Origin: a virus
Lineage: Duplodnaviria > Caudoviricetes
IMG/VR virus record: IMGVR_UViG_3300032295_000548
Coordinates: 64,001 to 128,000 of that record
DNA length: 64,000 nt
Strand: one strand, 5' to 3'
Positions within the stretch are counted from its first letter, which is position 1. Every line of letters starts with the position of its first letter. Positions 1-9,797 of this stretch are shown here, in pieces. A program made the translations under genes and the position numbers. The notes under the pieces were generated by a model. That model was not told where the DNA came from and made no database searches. It was given only the letters and a program-made list of their open reading frames with translations.

Positions 1-698
1 ATTTCCCTGAATATACTCCCATGAATTTAGGTGTACGGGGCATAGGAAACACTGCTGCCGTTAATCAACTACACTTCTGCGATAGAATTGATTGGAACAA
101 CAGCGAAGGATATATCATTCTAATGCTCAGTGGGTTTGAAAGATTCGACTTCTTTCAGCAACATCCTAAGCGTAGAGAGAATCAAGACGACGGTTACAGT
201 CATGGAGAATACGCACACTATAAGTGGAGAACAGCATGGCCTATTGCAGGTGAAGGTGGCGCAGAAGAACCACTTTGGGCTACATATGGCAAAATGTTAT
301 GGAGCGAACAGTTTGTAGCAAATACCGCATTAATGGCACTGTTAAATCTACAATCATTTGCTAAAGCCCACGGGTTTAAAGTCGTGGTAGCTAATGCTTT
401 TAACCAATCGCCGGGCGGGTCCGTAACTAAGTACCTACTAGAAAACACCGGACGAATGTTTACTAAGTTTGATTGGACTACTTATTTGCATAATGACACT
501 AAGTACGGTGCTATCGTACAGCGTTTTGTTGAACTAGACGGATTGATGAACCCTAAAGATTGGGGCGGCCACTATGAGTTTTACAGTAAGAGGGCATGGC
601 CTGCTAAATACTTAACTAATTGTATCCATCCAACGGTGGAGGGGTATAAGTTCATAGCCAAAGAATTGGCCACGTTCATCAATAATAAATATGCCTAA
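1..698 (+). CDS. SGNH/GDSL-like hydrolase (5'-truncated by window edge)
   Basis: Frame is open upstream of the ATG at 21; NLGVRGIGN block and C-terminal CIHPTVEGY (DxxHP-like) motif; resembles the 4627 ORF. Confidence 0.55.
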   Translation, partial: FPEYTPMNLGVRGIGNTAAVNQLHFCDRIDWNNSEGYIILMLSGFERFDFFQQHPKRRENQDDGYSHGEYAHYKWRTAWPIAGEGGAEEPLWATYGKMLWSEQFVANTALMALLNLQSFAKAHGFKVVVANAFNQSPGGSVTKYLLENTGRMFTKFDWTTYLHNDTKYGAIVQRFVELDGLMNPKDWGGHYEFYSKRAWPAKYLTNCIHPTVEGYKFIAKELATFINNKYA

Positions 699-2622
699 AA
701 AAATAATAAGTTTCGTCAGTCCTAATTTTCAGCAAGGCCCTAAAGAATTAAACGCCTATTATTTACCTTATAGTCCGGGCATCCTTTGGAGCTATGTAAA
801 CCAGTTCCCTGAAATTAATCAACACTATGAACTAGGGGAATTCATTTGGCGCCGGGAAGACATTGATGATGCAGTAGAGATATTAAAAGATAGTGATGTA
901 ATTGGCTTTAGTACATATATCTGGAATCGTAGTTACACTAAAGAATTGGGGAAAGCACTTAAACTAGCTAACCCTAATCTATTCATTATTGGTGGCGGTC
1001 CTGAATTCCCTATTGAGAAAGAAGATATCTTTGAACAGTACCCCTTTCTAGACATTTGCGTAAAACTTGAGGGCGAGAAAACATTCCGTGCCGTACTTGA
1101 AGAACACTTAAAAGATACCCCTGACTATAAATCCATTAAAGGTATGTTAGTTAATGACAACGGTGTAGCATTTAGTACCGGTGACACTGTACGTATCGAT
1201 GACTTAGATACAATACCTAGCCCATATTTGACAGGTGTGTTTGACAAATTGATAGCTAAACATCCTGAGATACGTTGGAACGGAACCATCGAAACAAATC
1301 GTGGATGTCCCTATGCATGTACATTCTGTGACTGGGGAAGTTTAACGTACAATAAAGTTAAAGTATTTGAATTAGAGCGTGTGTTTGCTGAATTAGAATG
1401 GATGGGCAGAAATCAATTCGACTTTATTAGTTTTACTGACGCTAATTTCGGTATCTTTGCCGAACGTGATAGTTTAATTGCTGACAAATTAATTGCTGTA
1501 CAGAAAGAATACGGCATGCCACGTGCATATACAATTGCCTGGGCGAAGAATCAAAAGAAAGAAGTTGTTGATATCGTTAAGAAATTAATCTATGAAGGTG
1601 GCGCAAAGATTGGATTAAACTTATCTGTACAGACAATGGATGAGAACACATTAGAGATTATTAAACGTACCAACTTAGATACTAACAAGATTGAAGAAGT
1701 ATTTGAGATGTGCGAAGAAGCTAACATTCCATTGTATACTGAGTTAATCCTAGGCCTGCCGGGTGAAACACTTACAAGTTGGAAAGAAAACTTCTATAGA
1801 CTGTACAAAGCAGGTAACCATACAGGTATCACTATCTATCAAGCACAGTTACTAGAAAACGCTGAAATGAATTTAACTCAGCGTAAGATGTATAAACTCA
1901 AAGGACAAGTTGTATATGACTACTTAGTAGGATCAAACAACGAAAAGAATCTACGTGAGGGTGTTGAAATTGTAGTAAGCACCAGAGATTTAACCCCTGA
2001 GAAAATGCTTGACGCACAGTTACACAGTTGGTATCAAAACACATTTCACATTAATGGAATGACCAATTATATTAGCCGTGTGTTATACAAGTTAAAGGGC
2101 GTAGAATATAGAGATTTCTACGAGAAATTATACAAGTATATAGAAAAAGATCCATGGTTAAACAGTGAAATTCAACGTATTGGTAAACACTATGGATTAT
2201 GGGGTGAGAAGGGTATGATTGACCATCCATTACTTCAGGGTATGCAGATTCACGGGTGGAACTTAGTACACAGTACCATTATCATGTTACAAAGTGAGAA
2301 TAAGCATAAGCATGTTTTCGATCTTATTGAGCAGTTTATGTTGAATGAGTACCCATTGCCCAAAGATTTACATGATGAGTTAATGACAATTCAACGTAAC
2401 TACTTGATCGATTATACACAGTGCGGTACATATCCAAAAGTCATTGATTTCAAACATGATATATTTGGTTATCTACAGAATCAAAACGAATTAGAAGTTC
2501 CTGCACGTTATGAGTTTGATTTCCCTGAGGATAAAGACATGACACTAGAGAAATTCTGTGAGCAGATTTTCTTTGCAAGACGTAGAAACTTTGGAAAAGC
2601 CTGGGTTACAAGAGCAAAATGA
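691..2622 (+). CDS. B12-binding radical SAM enzyme (class B methyltransferase-like)
   Basis: N-terminal cobalamin-binding-like domain (IGFSTYIWN, GGP); ETNRGCPYACTFC CxxxCxxC motif; LILGLPGET. Confidence 0.9.
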   Translation: MPKKIISFVSPNFQQGPKELNAYYLPYSPGILWSYVNQFPEINQHYELGEFIWRREDIDDAVEILKDSDVIGFSTYIWNRSYTKELGKALKLANPNLFIIGGGPEFPIEKEDIFEQYPFLDICVKLEGEKTFRAVLEEHLKDTPDYKSIKGMLVNDNGVAFSTGDTVRIDDLDTIPSPYLTGVFDKLIAKHPEIRWNGTIETNRGCPYACTFCDWGSLTYNKVKVFELERVFAELEWMGRNQFDFISFTDANFGIFAERDSLIADKLIAVQKEYGMPRAYTIAWAKNQKKEVVDIVKKLIYEGGAKIGLNLSVQTMDENTLEIIKRTNLDTNKIEEVFEMCEEANIPLYTELILGLPGETLTSWKENFYRLYKAGNHTGITIYQAQLLENAEMNLTQRKMYKLKGQVVYDYLVGSNNEKNLREGVEIVVSTRDLTPEKMLDAQLHSWYQNTFHINGMTNYISRVLYKLKGVEYRDFYEKLYKYIEKDPWLNSEIQRIGKHYGLWGEKGMIDHPLLQGMQIHGWNLVHSTIIMLQSENKHKHVFDLIEQFMLNEYPLPKDLHDELMTIQRNYLIDYTQCGTYPKVIDFKHDIFGYLQNQNELEVPARYEFDFPEDKDMTLEKFCEQIFFARRRNFGKAWVTRAK

Positions 2623-4658
2623 CAACATCATATATAAGTCAATTAGATGAGCCTACACTAGATGATTTTATTAAAGTAATAGAAAACGAAAGACCAAGCA
2701 CAATTGTATTATTGTGTGAGACTGAATGGCATGTTAGAGAACTAACACCTGAATTAGCCAATCTATTAAACAGTAATAATATCAAATTAATAGTTACTAT
2801 TGGTTCATACCCAAGTGATTATTATAAAGAACTAACCAGTCCATTTAATAACATTGAAATAGTTCACTGGCATACATATTGGATCAATTGGGCTATGATG
2901 TGCAGTAATCATTTAGACTTTGATAGAACATATTATGACTTCAAATATCCTTATATCTGCCTAAATAATAAAAATTGGACTCATCGCTGTATGCTAGTGG
3001 ATGAGTTAACTGGTCAGGGTATACTGGATAAGGGTATAGTAACTTGGAATAGATTCCCTGCAAGAAATCCTAGTCTATATAACTTCAAATATTATAACGA
3101 TGATATTAGGTTACTATCAGATGACTTTGAAACTATACTAGATTCATTCTTGATTGCCGAAGAATACCATGAGTCATTCTTGCATATTATAGGTGAAGCC
3201 ACAACTACTGTTACATTAATCAGTGAAAAAACCTGTTTACCTATACTGTTTAAGAAGCCATTTGTTGTTATGGCAGATCAATACTTTCATCAGAAGTTAG
3301 TTGATTTAGGCTTTGAATTGTATGACGAGATTATAGACTACAGTTTTGACAGTGAACCAGACATGTTAAAACGTGCTGAGGCTATCGCTAGAAACGTAAA
3401 GCAAATAACAGAACAAGATACAACAGTGTTGTATCACAAAATCAAAGCTAAGGCACAGCGTAATTACGACAATTATATACGTATACTAACCAGCCTGGAT
3501 CATATTCCTAAAGTTATTTTGGATCGCATACACATGTTGCGTAATGATTCAACTATAGTTAGAAATTCTACTGATGACCGTTATTTGACAATGTATCAGG
3601 ACATAACCACAGTTGATTTTAACATATGGGATAACCAAATACAAGAAAAGTTAGACAAATTGTATAGTAATCCTAAATCAGTAACCAGAGTCATATACAA
3701 TGGAGTGTTAGAATTTGATTCAGCAAGGATACTAGGGTCCAAAAAAAAGTTTGTTGAACTGATTGAATTCTGTAAAAAACACAATATTGAATTATTCTTA
3801 CTAACCGGCACCCATAATCACTATCAGATAGTTAATGATGATTATGTTAAAGTAAATTACTTTCCTACGTTTTGGTTAACATTAGCATTGAATAGATTAT
3901 TAGTCAGCCCTAACTATCAAATGAATAATGGTATATGTTTGGATGTGGAGAACATTCGTGTAGGTGAAAAGATCCCTATCAAGTATCCATATATCAGTAT
4001 GAATAAAGCACCGAAACAACATCGTGCTATAATGATGGATATGTTAGCTAAACATGATATTATTGACAAGGGTGTAGTTATATGGAGAGAGCGTAACGAA
4101 ACATATCCATTTGAATATTGGAATCAAAAGATAATGTTACGTGACCAAGTAGACGGGTTCAAACATCAAGAGATACTTCCAATGGAATATGCATTGTCTT
4201 TTATGCAAGTAGTACCTGAAACAGATGAAACCATATTTACATTGAGCGAAAAAGCGTCAATGCCTTTGCTATTCAATAAACCTTTCTTAGTAGCAGGATC
4301 GCCGCAGTATCATCAAAAGCTCAAAGACATGGGTTTTAAACTATATGATGAATTGTTTGACTATTCGTTTGATGATGAAGCCAACGATAAAAAACGTTAT
4401 GAAATGATTGCTGAAAACGTAAAAAGGTATACGGACAAAACACCAAGTGAATTGCAAGAAATATATAATAGTGTTTTTGAGAAATGTGTATATAATAAAC
4501 GAATGGCATTACATATAGCAACAAACTCTGAGGTAATACCTGGGTTGTGGCAGTTATTATTGAGACATCATTTGTACCACAATATATCAGATTACCCTGA
4601 GACTATAAACAACTTTATAAAAACAAATGCACAACAATATAGATTTAAAGAAGTATAA
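2619..4658 (+). CDS. Tandem two-domain glycosyltransferase-like protein
   Basis: Two copies of N..HR / E..SEK..P...KPF / GF.LYDE..DYSFD. Confidence 0.55.
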   Translation: MTTSYISQLDEPTLDDFIKVIENERPSTIVLLCETEWHVRELTPELANLLNSNNIKLIVTIGSYPSDYYKELTSPFNNIEIVHWHTYWINWAMMCSNHLDFDRTYYDFKYPYICLNNKNWTHRCMLVDELTGQGILDKGIVTWNRFPARNPSLYNFKYYNDDIRLLSDDFETILDSFLIAEEYHESFLHIIGEATTTVTLISEKTCLPILFKKPFVVMADQYFHQKLVDLGFELYDEIIDYSFDSEPDMLKRAEAIARNVKQITEQDTTVLYHKIKAKAQRNYDNYIRILTSLDHIPKVILDRIHMLRNDSTIVRNSTDDRYLTMYQDITTVDFNIWDNQIQEKLDKLYSNPKSVTRVIYNGVLEFDSARILGSKKKFVELIEFCKKHNIELFLLTGTHNHYQIVNDDYVKVNYFPTFWLTLALNRLLVSPNYQMNNGICLDVENIRVGEKIPIKYPYISMNKAPKQHRAIMMDMLAKHDIIDKGVVIWRERNETYPFEYWNQKIMLRDQVDGFKHQEILPMEYALSFMQVVPETDETIFTLSEKASMPLLFNKPFLVAGSPQYHQKLKDMGFKLYDELFDYSFDDEANDKKRYEMIAENVKRYTDKTPSELQEIYNSVFEKCVYNKRMALHIATNSEVIPGLWQLLLRHHLYHNISDYPETINNFIKTNAQQYRFKEV

Positions 4659-5448
4659 ACGCATTTTTGCGTTTGGATGCAGTTTTACTGCATATGGCTG
4701 GCCTACATGGGCGGATATCATTGCAGTAGAAGCTAAAACAATTAGAACTGAACCTTACGGGTCTCAGTATTTTAACTATGGAGTATCAGGATTGGGTAAT
4801 CTAGGCATTATGGCTAGAATAGCAGAGGCAAATGCTAGATATAGATTCAATCAAGATGATTTAGTCATGGTCATGTGGTCTACATATAGTCGTGAAGATC
4901 GTTGGCTTAATGACGGATGGTATGCAATGGGTAATGTTTGGAATAGTCCATATCCTGATGAATGGGTTAAAGACTTTTGTGATCCAGTTGGACATATGAT
5001 TCGTGACCATGCTATTATTAATCATACTAACAAAATGTTAAAAGAATCTAAAGCTGATTCATTGATATTGCGTAGTGTACCCTTTAAACACAGCGATGCC
5101 ATTGAACTGGATGATCCAGAAAGAATTGAAACATTGTCTTTATTGTATCAACGTGAATATGATGATTTACCCATGTCTTTATATGATTTCTTAGGTCGTG
5201 ATTGGAGTAGAGATCCAGTTCCTTTTATAAATCACACTGGAAAATTACATAATGATTCGCACAGTAAACCAATAGTTTACTATGACTATTTGGAAGCATG
5301 TGGAATAGAACTTAGTAAATCTACATATGAATATGCTTTGGATAGCACTAATCTATTGGCTCGATGCAAAACACATCATGACATAAGAAATACTTTTGAA
5401 CTTCCGAATAGAAACTTATTAAGCAAAAACTTTCATCCATTGTTATGA
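4627..5448 (+). CDS. SGNH-hydrolase-like protein
   Basis: FAFGCSFT, NYGVSGLGN and DSH motifs. Confidence 0.6.
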   Translation: MHNNIDLKKYKRIFAFGCSFTAYGWPTWADIIAVEAKTIRTEPYGSQYFNYGVSGLGNLGIMARIAEANARYRFNQDDLVMVMWSTYSREDRWLNDGWYAMGNVWNSPYPDEWVKDFCDPVGHMIRDHAIINHTNKMLKESKADSLILRSVPFKHSDAIELDDPERIETLSLLYQREYDDLPMSLYDFLGRDWSRDPVPFINHTGKLHNDSHSKPIVYYDYLEACGIELSKSTYEYALDSTNLLARCKTHHDIRNTFELPNRNLLSKNFHPLL

Positions 5449-6542
5449 AATACATTTATATTCGAAGTGGTCAACTGTTAACAACTAATGACAATATTAG
5501 CCAGGACGCTATTGATAGTTCTAGGAATTACTTTAATGATGCACTATTGTCTCAAAATTTCGAAACCGGGGACACTATAATATTCACGTTAATAGTAGAA
5601 AAACTTAGCTCAATTTTCAAAGAAGTATTAGAGAACATGATTAATCTATGTGAAATGCATGCCAAATCAGTGAATGCACCTTGTCATTTTCTATTTCATG
5701 ATACAGCAAGAATGTTTAACATCAAAAAAGATAACTTACATTATATAGATACGTGGGCTTGGGTTACTTATAAACATAGTAAAAACGCACATAGAAAAAG
5801 ATGGTATCCAAATTCAGATAAAGCATTGTTCTTAGTAGGTAAGCCCCTAAGACTACATCGAATTGGTCTATTAGCTGAATTCAATAAACACAATATACTA
5901 GACTATTTGGACTTTACTTTTCATCTTCCACCCACTGTTGAAAATATAAATTCTATTAAGTTAATGGGCATTGCTGGATTAGATGATGACACCTATATAC
6001 ATAAACTGTTGGTTGACTTGCAAAGACCTAGTCTAGACCTTAACTTGGAGAAGCAAGCAATCCACACTGGGTTTGAATACACTGGCTTTCCTACTAACCT
6101 TAAATATTATAGAAATACTTGCATGAGCGTAGTAAGTGAGAATAGTTTTGAAATGCAACCCTATCACTTTACTGAAACGTATTCTACGCCCTATCTTACA
6201 GAAAAAATATTCCGTTCTATAATCAATCATCACCCGTTTATATTAATAGGTGATGTTGGTATCGATGAATATGTTGAGAGTTGTGGGTATAAAACATTCA
6301 ATAAGTTCTTTTTACCAATCACTGATTCATCTAGAAAACTTGCAGAAAACATTTTGACTTGGGCCGCAACGAGTGTAAAACACTTTATCGAACACAAACA
6401 TAAACATATAGATGAAATCAACGATATAGTAGAACATAATTATCAAGTGTTCATGTCTAAAGTACCAGCAGAAATTGATAATTTACAAACGAAGTTTCCC
6501 AAAATTGATTTAAATCACACTGAAATGTTTGGGCCACTATAA
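5445..6542 (+). CDS. Glycosyltransferase-like protein (same paralogue family)
   Basis: GKPLRLHR, SEN...LTEKIFRSIINHHPF motif. Confidence 0.5.
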   Translation: MKYIYIRSGQLLTTNDNISQDAIDSSRNYFNDALLSQNFETGDTIIFTLIVEKLSSIFKEVLENMINLCEMHAKSVNAPCHFLFHDTARMFNIKKDNLHYIDTWAWVTYKHSKNAHRKRWYPNSDKALFLVGKPLRLHRIGLLAEFNKHNILDYLDFTFHLPPTVENINSIKLMGIAGLDDDTYIHKLLVDLQRPSLDLNLEKQAIHTGFEYTGFPTNLKYYRNTCMSVVSENSFEMQPYHFTETYSTPYLTEKIFRSIINHHPFILIGDVGIDEYVESCGYKTFNKFFLPITDSSRKLAENILTWAATSVKHFIEHKHKHIDEINDIVEHNYQVFMSKVPAEIDNLQTKFPKIDLNHTEMFGPL

Positions 6543-6597
6543 AATCTTTTTAGGCATGATCCTATCAAATAAATATTAGGTATACATGAGGTATTAA

Positions 6598-9500
6598 ATG
6601 AAAAAAGTAGCAATGATTGGTGTAGGTAAATTGGGTCAAGATTGTGCAGAAGTTATGGCTGATGCAGGCTATGACGTTGTTGGTTATGACGTAGTGCCTA
6701 GGACACCAGCATTTCAAATGCGTAGTACAATAGCTGAAGCAGTTAGTGATAGAGATATCATTTTTATTGCCGCACCTACTCCGCATGATCCTATCTATGG
6801 TGGCGAAACCCCAACAAGCCATCTTCCAAACAAAGACTTTGACTATACGATAGTCACTGATATTTTAAAAGAGGTCAATAGACACGTTAATAGAAGTCAA
6901 TTAGTTGTCCTCATCAGTACAGTGCTACCCGGAACAGTTCGAAACATCCTAGAGCCTTGTATCACTAACGCAAGATTCATTTACAACCCTTACCTTATTG
7001 CTATGGGTACCGTAAAATGGGACATGATAAACCCAGAAATGGTAATTATCGGTACAGACGATGGTAGCCTTACAGGTGATGCTAGTGAATTAATTGACTT
7101 CTATAAAGTGTTTATGCAAAATGAACCACGTTATGAAGTTGGTACATGGGACGAAGCCGAGTCTATCAAAATCTTCTATAACACATTTATCAGTACTAAG
7201 CTTGCACTTGTCAACATGATCCAAGACGTTGCCGAAACTAACGGCAATATCAATGTTGACGTTGTATCTAATGCACTTGCAAAATCTACACATCGCATCA
7301 TGGGTCCTGCTTATATGAAAGCCGGGCTCGGGGATGCAGGAGCCTGTCACCCTAGAGACAATATTGCTCTGCGTTATCTAGCAGAACGTTTGGACTTGGG
7401 TTATGACTTGTTTGATTCAATCATGACCGCACGTGAAGTACAAGCTGAACGTATGGCATTGCGTTGCTTAAAGAATGGTCGTAACGTTACTATTATTGGT
7501 AAAGCGTACAAACCCGCAGTTCCTTATACAAATGGTTCTGCTAGTATGCTTATTGGCTACTACATTGAAAAGCATGGTGGCAACTTAAATTATTATGATC
7601 CTAATACGGATGACCACGATCTGCGTGAAGATTGGACTCATGTTTATCTAATTGGTTATTGGGAGAGTTGGGTCGAGAACATCAAATTTAAAGAGCCGGG
7701 GGTAGTAGTTATCGATCCATGGAGAAAGATAACTACTAACCAACATAGCGGTGAAATTATACATTATGGTGACACACGACTTAAACACAAGTACGAAGTC
7801 CCTGCAACTACTGTTGACACAATGATGCGTCAAGTGTTTGAAATGTTTCCGGACATTCGTCAGTATGAAAATAGTATTCACTTAATTGATGCTACAATCA
7901 ACTTTGAAACAATGTTTGTACGTAGACCAACTGAGGACATTGTTAAAGAAATGCGTGAAGCTAAAAAGAACGGCAAAAGCAAGTTTATATTCTTTGCGGC
8001 TACTGAAGCATTCATGACTCACGTACAAAGCAAGATTCAACGTATTGCTAATATTGTAGATGACATCATACCCGAAGAAGATATTATTGTAATTACCGGT
8101 GTTATAGACGCTGACCAAATATACAATAGATTAATAGATGAAAATGGTTGGAATAAACGTGTTACGTTAATGAATTGCCACTTCTTTAATTACATTACTA
8201 CAACATATGCTCAAGGATATGAGTACATAGGTGGTTATGATATACGTTTCCGTGGCAAAGTATTTACATGTTTCAATAAATTAAATCGTGAACACAGAAT
8301 GGTTCTTATGGAACGTATGTTGCGTGAGCATTTAGTTGACAAAGCTTGGTATAGTTTTGAGGGTGATTTCGACTTTGTAGAAAAGATACCTGGATTAAGT
8401 GATGTGCAATTTCCTTTCATTAAAATGAATGCAGGTCTTTTCCCTATGAGATTGAATATCACAAAAGATAGACATAATCCAGTGGACATACAACCTGATG
8501 ATTTGCAATATTATAAGGACAGTTATTTCAGTCTCATTACAGAGACATTATTCTATGACAAGGCTAAACCAAATCAACATCACAGACCTTTTGTCGAGGA
8601 TAGTTTATTCTTGACAGAAAAGACTTATCGTTGTTTTGCACTATTGCATCCATTTCTATTAATGGCTAGACCATATTGTTTGCGTGAATTACGTAGACAA
8701 GGTTATAAGACATTCAGTCCTTTCATTGATGAATCATATGATAATATAGAGAATGATGACTTGCGTTTTGAAGCTATTGTAAAAGAAACCAAACGTCTAT
8801 GTAACTTGACAGGTAATGATTGGGAAATATGGCAAACAGGAATTAAAGAAATTGTTGAATTCAATCAACAACATTTCCATAGTAATAAAGACTTTGCAAT
8901 AACCAAAGACTATCAATCGTTGTTTAGTAATGTAACAAGTACACCTGTTATTAACAAACCAATTGTTCAAGCACCAGTGGTGCAACCAATAGTTGTTCAG
9001 TCTAGTCCTATCGTAGAAGATTTACCTCCACCAAACTTAGATTTTAATACTGTTAAACCAGTAACTATTCTTGATGAATCTAGACAAGATCAGTTAGATT
9101 GGTCTAAGACAGAACACACATACGAGAACGGATTTGTATTACAATATCCTACACATATGGATGGCGGCGGATATGAGTTAAAAGATGAAATATTTTCATT
9201 GATTGATCGTACAGGTAAAGAACATTATGGTCGTGCATTAGAATGGTGTTCGGGTGTAGGTCCGCTTGGCTATGATTTATTGGATAGAAAGTATGTAGAC
9301 AGTGTTGCTTTTGTTGACTCTCACGGTCCTTCAATCAAAGCATGTCTAGCCAACGCAACATCTAATCGTATGTCAGACCGTGTTTCAGCATATGTATGTG
9401 ACAAGGTTATGCAAATACCGTCACAGGAAAGATTTGATATCGTTGTAGCAAATCCACCGCATAGTGGTGATAGACAAGCGTTTATTGATTCATTGGAACA

Positions 9501-9735
9501 TTTAAACTGTGTAGACAATACTTGCCGTTTAATAGTAGACGAAGGGTATGAAGCACTACAAGATTTCTATGCTAACATCAGAGATTATCTAAACCCCGGC
9601 GCTGATATATACATTACTACTGGTAGTAATCAAGAACATTATATTACATGGGCGGCAAAAGGTGGATTAAGATTTATGGGCTTTAGCCCCATGTCAAACA
9701 ACCCACATTGTGGCATCTATCATTTTAAGGTCTAA
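6598..9735 (+). CDS. Fusion: UDP-glucose/GDP-mannose dehydrogenase + GT-like domain + SAM methyltransferase
   Basis: GVGKLG Rossmann motif, STVLPGT, catalytic GACHPRD; middle LTEKTY..HPF..DESYD domain; C-terminal EWCSGVG and DIVVANPPH. Confidence 0.85.
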   Translation: MKKVAMIGVGKLGQDCAEVMADAGYDVVGYDVVPRTPAFQMRSTIAEAVSDRDIIFIAAPTPHDPIYGGETPTSHLPNKDFDYTIVTDILKEVNRHVNRSQLVVLISTVLPGTVRNILEPCITNARFIYNPYLIAMGTVKWDMINPEMVIIGTDDGSLTGDASELIDFYKVFMQNEPRYEVGTWDEAESIKIFYNTFISTKLALVNMIQDVAETNGNINVDVVSNALAKSTHRIMGPAYMKAGLGDAGACHPRDNIALRYLAERLDLGYDLFDSIMTAREVQAERMALRCLKNGRNVTIIGKAYKPAVPYTNGSASMLIGYYIEKHGGNLNYYDPNTDDHDLREDWTHVYLIGYWESWVENIKFKEPGVVVIDPWRKITTNQHSGEIIHYGDTRLKHKYEVPATTVDTMMRQVFEMFPDIRQYENSIHLIDATINFETMFVRRPTEDIVKEMREAKKNGKSKFIFFAATEAFMTHVQSKIQRIANIVDDIIPEEDIIVITGVIDADQIYNRLIDENGWNKRVTLMNCHFFNYITTTYAQGYEYIGGYDIRFRGKVFTCFNKLNREHRMVLMERMLREHLVDKAWYSFEGDFDFVEKIPGLSDVQFPFIKMNAGLFPMRLNITKDRHNPVDIQPDDLQYYKDSYFSLITETLFYDKAKPNQHHRPFVEDSLFLTEKTYRCFALLHPFLLMARPYCLRELRRQGYKTFSPFIDESYDNIENDDLRFEAIVKETKRLCNLTGNDWEIWQTGIKEIVEFNQQHFHSNKDFAITKDYQSLFSNVTSTPVINKPIVQAPVVQPIVVQSSPIVEDLPPPNLDFNTVKPVTILDESRQDQLDWSKTEHTYENGFVLQYPTHMDGGGYELKDEIFSLIDRTGKEHYGRALEWCSGVGPLGYDLLDRKYVDSVAFVDSHGPSIKACLANATSNRMSDRVSAYVCDKVMQIPSQERFDIVVANPPHSGDRQAFIDSLEHLNCVDNTCRLIVDEGYEALQDFYANIRDYLNPGADIYITTGSNQEHYITWAAKGGLRFMGFSPMSNNPHCGIYHFKV

Positions 9736-9746
9736 TGTCCAATTAC

Positions 9747-9776
9747 ATTGTACTACCTGTATAAGGGTAGTACAAT
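9747..9776. promoter_or_regulatory. Perfect 11-bp inverted repeat in intergenic region
   Basis: ATTGTACTACC-tgtataag-GGTAGTACAAT, about 10 nt upstream of the AGGAG SD of the TTG-start gene. Confidence 0.5.
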
Positions 9777-9797
9777 AGTAGAAAATAGGAGTACATT

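Noticed and set aside
9736-9797. Cobalamin riboswitch upstream of the B12 enzyme
   Set aside because: The gap is only about 60 nt and lacks a B12 box; only a simple hairpin is present.
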